Made by a program: the position numbers and the translations under genes. From the human T2T-CHM13v2.0 reference genome, Homo sapiens: 64,000 bases of DNA. Positions 30,360 to 45,560 of the stretch are shown here, piece after piece (positions within the stretch are counted from its first letter, which is position 1; each line of letters begins with the position of its first letter). The stretch is from NCBI RefSeq assembly GCF_009914755.1, contig NC_060933.1. One strand, 5' to 3'. The notes under the pieces were generated by a model that saw only the letters and a program-made list of their open reading frames with translations, made no database searches and was not told the origin of the DNA.

Positions 30360-30740
30360 CACCTCCTCCCGTGGCAGTGCCGAGGCTGCAGGTGCCCCTG
30401 GCTGCAGGAGTCCTTGAAAACCAGCAGAGAGGAAACCTGCGTGGCCATCCCATCTCACCTCCAAACCTTCTGCCCTTGGGAAAAAGGTGGGACTTTCCTC
30501 TTGAGCCCGTCGCAGGCTGATCACCATTCCTCCCTGGGGAGGAGGGCCAGGCCAGAGAGCGGGGAACTGATAGCTGAGGAGGCCCACACCACTGCACCCA
30601 GAGATGGGCACTGTTTAGTAGCAGATGTTGGGATCTAACTCCAATTGGCATTAGCATAAAGAGGGATACACCGGTTTCTGTCAGGCACAGCTTGATCCAG
30701 CTACTCAAACAGTGTGGCCAGTCTGTCTCTCTGCATCCTC
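30360..30740 (+). repeat. Copy 2 of the ~385-bp local direct duplication
   Basis: ~95% identical to 23546-23932. Confidence 0.95.
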
Positions 30741-31801
30741 AGGCAAGCACTCTCCACCTGCTCAGGAGACAGTTGCCAGCAGCTCCAGGTTCCTGTTCTG
30801 TGTTTGGAGCCAGCAGAGCAGGGAGGATTCCTCTTTCTCAAAGGAAAAAAGCCCCAGGACGGAGCTTCCTTATCCTGGCTGGTCTCACGTCCATCCCTGA
30901 GCTGACCGTCTGGGACAGGGCGGTGTCATGCTCTGATTGGCCAGCAGAGGGGGCACGGCCAACCCCGTCCACATCTACTGGGCAGGGCAGTTGCCGGCTG
31001 CTGGGTTCCTCCAACTCCCAGGCCGCCCCAACACACACCATTCTGTCGCTGTGATGCCAACTTCGAGTTTATTTTCTCTGCCGGGACTCCCAGGGAGCCT
31101 CTTGCTCGTGGGCACAGGAGCAGTGCTTTTCCCATAAAACTGACCTTGTTCAGGGCAGGTTCCTGGATTCGCGCCTTGTGGTGGATGCAGGTCTGGGGTC
31201 CTCGTGGTGTGGGGGAAGGAGGCTCTGGCAGATGGGGCCGTCTTTTGTGTTGGAGGGTGACCATTGAGCTCCCTGGTAATGATCACGGCTTCAGTGGCCA
31301 GAGGTCAGCTTATCCCCTTGCCCTTCCCTGAGAGCCCCTGGATAGAGGGTCAGGAACCTTCTGGAAGGGATGCGGGGGCTGCCCCTCCCTTGTTCTTGGC
31401 TCTGCATGGTCTGGCGATGTGGGCAGGGGTCTTCCAGGGCAATGGAAACTGCACACCCGCTGTAAACGGTCATGGGAAGGCGACAGACAGTCCAGGTGGA
31501 TAATGACGGGGGGATAAACTAGGCCAGTGACATCCCCGTGACCTCTGGAGGGGCCTCAGGTGGGGTGAAGGTTCTCAGGGCTGCAGGGCAGATGTTGTGA
31601 CCCACCGGTTCTCCTGTGTCATTGCACAGCACACCATAAGGCGGTCAGCTCCGCAGTGGGCCTTCTGTGGCCTTCCAGCATCTGCCTGGGCTGCTCTCCT
31701 TACGTGGCCAATGAGAAGAGGTGTCTGGGAGGCTGGGTGTGTGGCCCCTGCCAGCCTCAGGAGCCACGAGAGCACAGTGAGGAAGGAGGGCGTCGTCAGA
31801 G

Positions 31802-31923
31802 CTGGGCTAGCCCGGGTCTGCCCCTGGTGTGTGGCCGCTGGTGGGGACAGGGATGGGACCCTCTGGGCTAGCCTGGGTCTGCCCCCGGTATGTGGCTGCT
31901 GGTGGGGACAAGGATGGGACCCT
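31802..31923 (+). repeat. Two-copy 61-bp tandem duplication
   Basis: ctgggctagc...ggatgggaccct starts at 31802 and again at 31863. Confidence 0.9.
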
Positions 31924-32081
31924 CCTCCGCAGCGTGGTGCCCTGCCTCGCCCAGCACGCGGCTCTAAGCTGGTCCTGGGGCTCTTCTGAGTGCCCAGGAT
32001 TCACAGTGGTGGGGGTGGGGGTGCTTCCTGTCATCCCAGCTTCCGGGTGTTCCCAGGTGCTCCTTTCCTCTCCGTGGCTAA

Positions 32082-32420
<339 letters not shown>

Positions 32421-33986
32421 TAGTGAAAAGGCAGTTGCAACAGTGGGATTTTGTCCTTCTGGACGGGACTGGGCTTTGTCACTGTCCTTCTCTGCTGGAT
32501 GTGGGTGGGTGGGTGTGGCCCAGTGCCCTTGACCTTCTATCAGCTGTGTCTCTGGTGGTAGCTGGGCCGCCAGGACTCCAAGGGCAGAAAGAGTCGGATG
32601 GGTCCTGAGGGATGAGGTTGAGAGAAACCTCGGGGTCGTGGGAAAGGAAGCACTTCCAGACAGAAGCTTAACCAGGGGCAGTGACATTAAGAGACGATGA
32701 ATCAAACGTCGTGACTCCTAGCAAGAGCATGGGAGGCTTTTAATGAGAGTCAACTGCTAAATGCCGGGTCTCTGCTTTTAATTACATGCCCGGAGCGGGA
32801 AGCAGCATTAGCTCTAAGATACAGCATCCAAGTTGTCCCTGTCACCCAGTCGTGGGGCGGCACCTGCCACAGTTAATTAAACCCTCTGGGCTTATCTGGA
32901 CGTGATTAACGAGCTGTTGATGGAGAACCTCATCGCCTTGACCCAGCCACTTGCTCATGGCCTGGACTAAAATGAGCTCCTCTTTCTGATTCAGATGAGA
33001 AAGGGACGGGGGATGTAGGGCAGGTGAGTTCACTTTATGAGATGCTCTGTAATTATTAGAAGACAGCGCAGCATCTTTTTGGTGGACCTGGAGGTGACCC
33101 CGGCATTGAACCCACGATCAGGGCAGTCTTTGAATGCTCCGTGGTGTTTCTGATGATCGTGTCCCCACGGGGCCCCTGAAGGACACCCTCTTTTGAGGGG
33201 CTGTTTCTGCTTCCACAGACGTGCTCTCTGTACACTCATCCCCAGCCATTGCCCAGCCCTCCTTTACATCCATGTGACCTTGAAGAGTTTGTCTCTGAGA
33301 GAATCTGGGCAGTTCTTTTCAAGAATGTTTTTGAGAACGAGTTATTTCAAGAAACACCTTCGAGGCACCGAGTCTCTGCCTTGCAGCTTGGTGGAGGTGA
33401 GGTGAAGTGGCCTGGGACCCCTGGCAGCCCATATTCTCTTAAACAGCCCACCTCTGGGTACCAGAGTGGCCCTGGGCTGTGGATCCCCAGCCTCAAGCGT
33501 GTGGAACTCATCGGCTCAGACAGCCTGTCCCCGCAAAGGACTGCAGCGGTTTCGTTTCTCCAGGCCTCTGGAGGAGCGTTCATAAGCTTCTGGGAGAGCA
33601 TCTCTTTTGGAATTAGCCATGGAATCCTCACTTGGACCTTGGCCCAGAAATTGCACCCTTTTCTGCCCCATGACCCCCGGTTTAGAATTCGTGACCTAGA
33701 GAGCCTGGGAGGGCTGGTCCAGGGAAGGGCTTAGAGAGCTGATTGCCGAGGACCACATGGACTCTGGGTGTGTGACATGCTGAGGGGCACCCTGGGAAGT
33801 AAGCGCTCCTGCTTTCCAAGGGGATCTTCAGCCACTTTGTTTAATCTTCTCTGTGTCACCCAATTCTGGGGTGTGGGCACCACACACTCACTGGACTTTG
33901 TCCTTCTCTGCTGGATTATCTTGTGGCCAGAAATATTACAGTATCTCAGGAATACGGGCTAATTATTGGATAAATAATCTAGGATC

Positions 33987-34376
<390 letters not shown>

Positions 34377-34456
34377 CTACAGATCAGTTGGTTTCCATGT
34401 CTGTTTCCGGCTTTTAACCAGATGCTAGGTGAGCGAGGTTACCGTGACACAGTGAA

Positions 34457-34551
34457 GCAGTGAGCCGAGATCGCGCCATTGCACTCCAGCCTGGGCAACG
34501 GAGTGAGTGAGACTGTCTCAAACAAAACAAAACAAACAAAAAAACCAACAC
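34457..34551 (+). mobile_element. Alu 3'-end fragment with (CAAAA)n tail
   Basis: gcagtgagccgagatcgcgccattgcactccagcctgggc...ctgtctcaaacaaaac. Confidence 0.9.
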
Positions 34552-37321
34552 ATAATCTAGGGTAAATTTCTGAATAGTCTGCGGGATTTTTTTTTAAGTC
34601 CATGTTTTTTTAAGTTTTCCAAAGTGCTTCACTTGCTCTTCCAGAGCCTTCTGTGAATTAGCTTACAGAGTAGAGTGGGTCCACATAAGCCAATTGCCCC
34701 ATTCATGGCAGATGAAGCTGGAGGTTGCTTGGGAAGTATTGAAGCAGGGCTGTCTACGGAGTCCCTTCTGCAGGTCCCAAAGTGTTGGGTTGGGACCTGC
34801 AGAGGTCCCAAGGGACACTGTTGGAGACCAGTGTCATAGGACATCATTTGCCTTTGAATTGACGCCATACCCCGCCTCGCCCCTTCCGCCCGGCCCTCCG
34901 AGCAAACTCGCCACCTGTCCTCTGTTGCTCGGACTCTGTCCACCCCACTTGGCTTGTGGGCCCCTCAGTGGAGGGACTCAGAAGCTCACTTCAGGTTTTC
35001 TGTTTGAGAAGTGCTCAGTGTGTAGGGGCCACACACAGGAAAGGGCTGTTTGCTTGGGACCGACACGGTCTCGCGCCAGCCACTCGTGTGGGTCAGCCTA
35101 AGCGCTAGGGGAGCTGGAGCTGCACCATGCCCTGTCTCGGGGAGCAGCAGCATCTGCGGGATTCTAGAGACCCGTACCTGCCTGGCAGTTGTAGAGGTAG
35201 AAGAGAGGGTGCAGCCCAGGTGGCCACGGCAAGGCCTGGGCTGTGGGGAACTGAGTGGAGCAAAAACAGTATCTGTAAGTATCTCTTGGCGAGAGGGGAA
35301 GCCTGCATCCAGGCAGCTGTTTCCCCGGCATCCGATCCCCTGACAAAATCCCTGAGCAGGCTCCCCAGACTCCCCGAAGAGCTCACACACCCCTCGGCAA
35401 ATCAGCAGCCAAGTGGCCCTGGATCACGGGGGTGGGGGTTTGGAGACTGAGCTGAGCAGGTGACTGGGAGCCTCCACCTGGGTGCAGTGCCCGTCCCCGC
35501 CCAGGCCGCACAGGCGTTGACCTCTGCCCTCCACCCACACTGGCACCACCTGGTCCTGTATCCCCCACTGGGCACGAACTGGCAGAGTGATCTGGGTGCC
35601 AGGGAGACACAGCCATGAATAGAACAGATGGAGCCCGGCCTCCTCTGGCCTGGGAGAGCGAGGTTCCCTAGGCCACTCTCCTCAGGGGCACCGCCCTCCC
35701 TTCTGTACAGGTGAAGAATCCTGTTCCCATTTTCTGCACTTGGGGGCAGGACAGAGGCTAGAATTTCCCCCCTCATTCGAAGAGGGTTTTCTAGTCTTGC
35801 TGAGACCCAGCAGTCTGGGTTCTGGGATCTGTCCGACCAGGGAGCTCAACCCTGAGCCACGGTTTCTGACCGATCATGGGTGCTGGGTTGTCCTGGCACC
35901 AGGGAGATGAGGCTGCAGGGACTGAAGCCCAGGACTGTGACACAGGGGCTGCCAGTGAAGCGGGGAGGGTTGGGACTTCCTTCCCAGTGGGGTCCCAGGC
36001 CTCGGTCCCCTGTGTCTGCAGTGCAGACATCGCCTCACGGTGAGGTGGCCTGAGACCCTGAAGGCAGCGGGCCTGGCTTCCTCACCAGGCGGCCCGAGCT
36101 CTGGGATCCACGTCCCCACTGGGGGCCCGGGATGGTGTGCTCCCTGCCTTGTTGACCCAGCACTGCTTGTTTGTAATGACCCAGATCTGAGCTGTCCCCT
36201 CTGAGGATGACCAGGCGAGGCAGTGTCCCCCCTGGTCACCTGACTTGGGGACCAGCCCCACCTGAGCCCACTTCCTGGATCAGCACGCATCCTCCTCCTC
36301 GGCTCTGGTGCTGTGGGTGGGGTCCTCTCTATTTTGTCCTCTGTAGGTGCCTTTTCCTCCGTACCCCTCTTCAGACCAGGCCTCTGAGATTTGCCTCCTA
36401 CTCAGGACACCCAGGGTTGGGTGGAGGCCACGGCTCTGCCCACACCCCCCTGCCCCTTGGCCAACACCCTGTCTTCGCCTGTGGCTCTCCTGCACCCTGG
36501 GGCCTGGGCTCCAGAATCAGCCTCCCTTAGGCAGAATGTCCTGCTGCCCCTCGCTGCCCCCGCCAGTACCTTCCTGCCAGAGAGCAAGGGAGCAGCCAGT
36601 TGCGCTGGGCCCTGGGACCCTCCACAGGATTGCGCTGAGTGCTGGACGAGGGTGGCAGGGACGGCCGAACAGGGTGCCAGCTGCAGGGGCAGGCTGACGT
36701 GAGGGGAAGATGGAGGCAGCGGTGGGAGGGTAGTGTCCTCAGCCTGGGGGCTTTGCAGACCCTCTACTCACTGAGCAGATGCTCCCCACTCCCCTGTACC
36801 CCCATAGAGCAGGATAGGGGTTCCCTGATGGCTGAGAGGAGGGGGGTCCCATGAAATAAGATGCGGGGTTCCCACCTGGGAATCTACCTGGTGAGACTGG
36901 AGACCGTCTCTTCCTCACTCTATCTTCGACCCCATGGGTTAGTCCAGCCCAGGGAATGTAAACTTCACTTCTGGCCATGACAAATGCAGTAAGTTTGGGT
37001 CCAGGCCAGAAGGTTCCAGAACCAAGTTATCCCTGCAGGGGCTGCCAGATGGCAGCTTCCTCTCTGGAGCCCCTCACCTGTCCCACCCCAATGTGGGACT
37101 GAGAGCCCTTCTGGTCAGGACTGAAGATGGCTGGTGAAATTCCTTCTGCAGGGCTGCCTCGGTGCCCCTGGATCCTGGGCCTCTGCCCTGGGCCTGCCAT
37201 GCTCCCCTTAGCCCGGCCCCTCCTGGGCTGCCAGGGTCCAGCTGAAACCTCAGCCGCCCCCCAGGTTCCTGGCCCCCTGTCCAAAGTTAGCCACACCCCG
37301 CATTCATTTCCTATCCTCTGA

Positions 37322-37681
<360 letters not shown>

Positions 37682-37983
37682 TAACTAACTGGTTTGGTTT
37701 GATGATTTCTGTTTGTATCGTGGGAGTATCACTTTCTGAGGTCAGGGACCATATCTGTCCTTTGACTGTGTCACCCCAGCGCCTGGCACCAATCACTGTT
37801 TATTAGGGGATCAGTCACTGTTTATTGATCACGTGATCCACTGTAGTGAGCAATCGGTATGCTTAGTAACTGTCGGCTCAGTATGATTTAGTTTCAACAC
37901 AAATGCATTTATTGTACTCCTACTGCATACCTAAAATGCTCTAGTGCCTTTGGACTTCAGCAGAAGTAAAAGTGAAAAGCTCT

Positions 37984-38418
<435 letters not shown>

Positions 38419-39020
38419 TCATGTCATGACTCGAATGGGCCATCTCACAGTGACAATAAATCCATTGTTATTTTGCCAGGAGAGAGATTAATGTTAAACA
38501 TAATTTATCCTTTCGGGTTTTATCTGAGCTGAGAAAATTTGTTACCATAGAGATTTCAAAACTTGAGAAACGGCATTTTAATGAGCTGCGGAGATGGGGG
38601 TTCGTGGGCCTAGCGGTGCCTTGTGCCGGAGACATGAGTGTGCGCAACTCGTTCTTTGATCTTTTAAGACGGAAGAATGACTCTGGCACTCAGGGTGGCG
38701 GTGGGGTGGGGACGGGAGCCAGGTGGCCCTTTGCAATGAGAGTGAGGGAGTGGACTCAGATGGTGACTGTGCCATCTGCCCTGGGTGTGGACGGGGACCT
38801 GAGTGCTTCAGGTGAGACCCCACCTGGCCCTCAGTGCCCCATGCACTCCCAGGGATCACGTGGGGCTGCCATGGTCCTGCTGGCAGCCTTGCCATATGGG
38901 GTCCCTACGGTGGGTGGGCATGGCAGGTCCCACTCCCTTGCCATAGGTGGGACCAGCTAAGGCTGTCATCTCCAGAGTCCCCCGCCCACATCCCCTCATG
39001 TGGAAGGATGATGCAAAGCC

Positions 39021-39312
<292 letters not shown>

Positions 39313-40481
39313 GCTGATGGCTTGTGTCTAGACATGGGAGTCCTGAGCCAGTTCCTCCGTGAAACCTGCCTTTCCCAGATGGCCACACTGACTGTCATCA
39401 CCCCCACCTGGGGCTGTCCCCAGCTTTGGGGGCAGGTGCCTTGGCCAGGCCCACCTGGGGCCCAGTCTCCTGTGGGAACAGCTGAGTCATGGCTTGGAGC
39501 TGGTCAACACAGGGTGCCCGGCCACAGCTGGGCAGCCCTGTTCCCTGTCAGTGCCTTAGTGAGAGATTCGTGACTGCAGGATGAGCCTGCTGCTGTGGCA
39601 GCTTCCAGCGCTCACGCAGGCTCTGGGTTGGCCTGTGGGGGCCTTGGAGGGTTTGCCTGGAGTAGTGGCCCCTCATTTTGCAGAACCTCAGGAGATCTCC
39701 CTGCAGCACCTTACAGAGGATGCAGAGGCTGTGACAGGCAGCATTCTCCTCCCCCTTGGAAGCCTCAGGATGCTGTGGGACGAGGGGGCCTTCAGCGTCC
39801 CCTTCCTCCCAGTGTTGTACCTGCAGCTGTGCTGGAGTGACCAGGGGCAGAGGTGGTGACGCTGCTGCCCGCCTTGCCACAATTTCGCCAGCAGAGGGTG
39901 CTCATGGATAGCCGCCTTGCAGGCGCTGCTGCCGCAGATCCAGACTCTGCTGCCCCATGGGGTCAGGGGCCTCTGGGCCACCTGGTTAGCCTTTGTTCCC
40001 ACTTCTAAAGAAGGGGTGGGTCTGGTAATGGATTCACGATGGCTCAAGCCCACCCACCAGATCCCAGCCCTCCGTAGTGGTGCTGCTTGTGGGGCGGCTC
40101 CAGCAGCAGGTCCTGGGCCCCCCTTCCTTGGCATGTCCCTGTTGACACCCTCCTGGGACACCGCTCCTTCTGGCCCGTTCTGAGCAGCCCACAGCCTTAG
40201 GCCCAGCACTTTTGGCTGGCCCACCGGCATCAACTAGCCACAGGCCCTCCATCAGCCCCAGGCTCTTGGCAGAACTGCAGGTGGCCCAGGGTGAGAGCAT
40301 CGCTGCCTTTGCCACCAGGATCGATGGACAGGAGGGGCTGGGGCTCCCGGTCATGCCCACGGATGAGGGGCAGATATGTGGAGTGGGCTTAGGTGCTTGT
40401 GGCCGGGCCAGCCTGGGTCTGCCTTTTAATGACCTCAAATTGCTCCTGGCATGTGTTGTAAGAGGTAATTCCTCCCGTTAA

Positions 40482-41318
<837 letters not shown>

Positions 41319-42330
41319 TAAGTGGGCACTTCTGGGCAACTGTCCCCCTGCTGGAGGGGGGATCAGGCCAGCTCATACCACTGACCAGATGTGGGGCACA
41401 GTAGAGGACGTGCAGCAGCCGGTACTGAGACTCCCACAGACGCCGCAGCAGAGGAGAGGGTGCTGGGCTTGGAGTCCTGAAACCTGGGTTATGGTCTTGA
41501 TTCATCCTCTGTGGCTCTGGGGAGTCACTTCTCCTCCCTGGCCCTCCATTATCCCTTTGTAAAGTGCACTAAAGCACATCAAATTCCCGCCTGTTTGTGT
41601 CAGAAGGGACACAGGAAATTGTGAGGTTATACCCAACCTTTTCCAGAAAGGATTTCAGGTATCCTTCAAGGACACAGGTGTGTTAGGAGTGGGAGTGAGC
41701 ATGAGAAAAAGCGGGTCGTGCCAGCACGCTCTGTTGGGTGCAGACCTCAACACCAGGGGTTGTCAGTCTCCTCTTTCGTGGTCAGCACGTGTGAGGTCAT
41801 GCCCTGATAATCTCCGAACGTCTTCAATACATGATTTCTGAATTCTTCGCCAAGACTTTCAGACAGATCCACTCCTTCCACCATTTCCCGTCCACACCCG
41901 GTCTTCTCTGGCTGCCTGCAGTTTGCCATCGGGGTTCAGAGGGCACGTGACAAGTGCTCGCATGCACACAGCAAAATACAACGGCCGCCGCCCTGCCATT
42001 CTCCCGATGGCTGTGACCGCACCGCAGGGACCACGCTCCCAGGGACCACACTCCTGGGTCCCGAGCCAGTGCCGAGTGCTGTGTGCTCCCCCTTCCCCCT
42101 TTCACTTGGGCTCCCGGCTGGGCTTCCAGGGTTCAGACAGCCATCCTTGTCTGAGGGACGAGGGTTCTGGGGAATGAGTAGATCTCATGGCACGGGGTGT
42201 TGCCCTAACTTGTCTGATTCCAGAGGCTGGGCCTTGATCTGCTCCGCCCCACCACGATCGTGCAGGAAGTGGGCCTTCTTCCTGTGTCTCGAGGAATTTG
42301 CAGCAAAATCGCTTGAGCTGGCATCTGTGA

Positions 42331-42735
<405 letters not shown>

Positions 42736-44654
42736 TAGGCTGCGTGGGGATGGCAGTGGCCGCCCTTGTCCCAAGGGCCCAGTACGTGAGTCTCCTGGGT
42801 GCTGGCTCGGAAAGGACAGGGCCTTTGTCCAGCCTCGTGCTGAGGCTCCTGGAAACCTGCACACTCCTGCCGTCTGTATCCGAGGCCATCCTGGGACAGG
42901 GGCAGCTGTCCTCTGGGTGAGCTTGAAGGGCAGAGCTGGGCCACCGTGTGGACACACCAGGGAGACCTGTGCCGACCCCACTCGGGCTGGCCTCACTCCA
43001 CTCTAGCTGTGTCCAGCCAGGGGCCTTGCTTTCCCGGGGAATGCCTCAGAGGCTTGGGAGTCGGGGCCTGAGCTGAGTGGGCTCTGGGACCCTCACTTCA
43101 GCCCATGGAGCCCTTCATAGGTTGGGGTTCTGCGTGAGAGAGCAGGAGAATGCCCCGTCCCACTGCCAAGAAACAGGTTGAGAGCTTCTGCAGGTGACCA
43201 GTGATCCCCAGCTGCCCCGGGTGGGGGCGTTGGAGTCACCAGGAGCCTGTAGGGGTTCCAGGGCCCTGCCTCCTGGGGTGCTGGGGCGACAGCCTGCACA
43301 GGGTCCTGGACTCTGCCCTTCCCAAGGGCACTGCAGTGACCGTTGCCTCCGCGGCTTGGGTTAGGCGGCAGCCAGGACCCCTCCACTGGGCTTCCTTGTC
43401 GTTTATGTAAGTTGGGTTTTGCAGAAGATTTGGTTTTGCACCCGGGTCTCTGTGGCTAAAACCTGTTCGAAAGCCACTGGCTTAAATGGCCTCCGAGGGC
43501 CATCCTGGCTCTGGGATTTCCTCCTCCAGGGCTGCAGAGATGGGACAAGTTAGGGCAGTGTCTCCTCCCTAAATCCCCGAGCGCTGCCGTGAGCTCCTGG
43601 CTGTGTCTACACATCGGTTCTGCATCCAGCTGCCCCCGTTTCATGGCTGAGGTGGGGTCCCCAGGGCCATGTTTCTTCTCGGTGACTCGGGGTCACCAAA
43701 CCAGACACCGTGTTGACTCAATCTTGGTGTTCTGCCAAGGGCACGCGAAGGAGACATCACACGTACTAGTTCATTTCTGTGTTAAAGATATCGATGTCTG
43801 CTCGTGGGGACGGGCACGGTTGAACTGACCCTGGGGCTTTGAGCGTGTGAGAAGAGGGCAATTCTGAAAGTCTCACCTTTCTAGGAAATCATACTGGGGA
43901 CCACGTAGTGTCACTGTGAACTGGACATTCAGCAGAGTGCTGGCCTCAGGGCAAGCCCACCTGGGCTCTGTCGATTGTTGGATTTGGGCCTCGGGCAAGC
44001 TGCTCTGCTATTTCTCTGTCTTAGGGTCTCCGTCTGTAAAATGGGATCACAGATGTGGCTGCTTCATGAGCTGTGGCAAAGGTTCCATGAGGTTGAATGC
44101 AGTGACACAGCAGCGCACTGTCTCCCTTATAGGAAGCCCCGGCTTAATGTCAAATTCAGTTGTTCTGGATATTAATCCAGTGTCAAGGCAGACAGAAAGG
44201 CAGGACACAGCCCCGCGGCCCAGTGCAGACCGCAGAGGAATGATCAGAGCAGCCACGCTCTGTGGAATGAGATGGGCCTGTTAGAAGAAGGCAGGGAGTA
44301 GGTGTGAAGGTGGTGGAGATTCTGCTGAACGTGCAGTTGGCTCTGGGTCAGTTTCCAGGAAGCTGTAGCCTGGGGCTTCGGTAGAGCAGGGCGGGTGCTT
44401 GGATCCTGCTGGCATAGCCAGATTTTGCAAGCTATTGAGACACACCCTCCGGGCACACTTCTGAACAGACCTGCCTAGGCGCCTGGAAGGAACTGCGGGC
44501 ACAGGAGCCGTCCTCAGCCAGGCAGGAGGCAGCTTCTGGGCTATTCTGGGGAGCTGGGGTTAAAAGCTGCCTTGGAGTCACACAGACTGGGATCAAGTGC
44601 TGGTTTTGCCTCTTGCTGGTGGGAGGATCTAGGCAAAGCAGGTGACATTGATGA

Positions 44655-45131
<477 letters not shown>

Positions 45132-45369
45132 TCAGGGTTTTAATGTTTGTCATGCAGTCTCTTTTTTGTGCTGTGTCAAATCTTTGTAATTTCTAGTGTG
45201 TTCTGCTGTAAAGATTCAGGAAAAAGCTTTATTTTATCTTTAAAAAATTAGGATCCTAAAACAAATAGTGCTTCGTTGATATTCTAACTGAGCAGGAAAA
45301 GCTGTTTTCCCAAAAGCAGATGTATGTGAAGAGTCCCTTACCCCAGGGAAGCACTAGAAATCCGTGTTC

Positions 45370-45560
45370 AGGGCTGGGTTTGCATCCTGGCTCCACTGTT
45401 TCCCAGTGGTGAGATCTTCGGTGAGTTGTCTGACCGCTCTGAGACTCAGTTTCCCCATCTGTAAAATGACAATAATAGTACCCGCCGCAGTTTTTTGTGT
45501 GTGGGAGGCACCATGAGAATTAATCCATGAAAAATGCCTATGAGTGGCCGACAGCAAACA
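45370..45560 (+). mobile_element. MIR (further MIR cores near 6595, 7160, 44020, 46760, 51280, 58840, 61450)
   Basis: ctcagtttccccatctgtaaaatg core. Confidence 0.7.
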
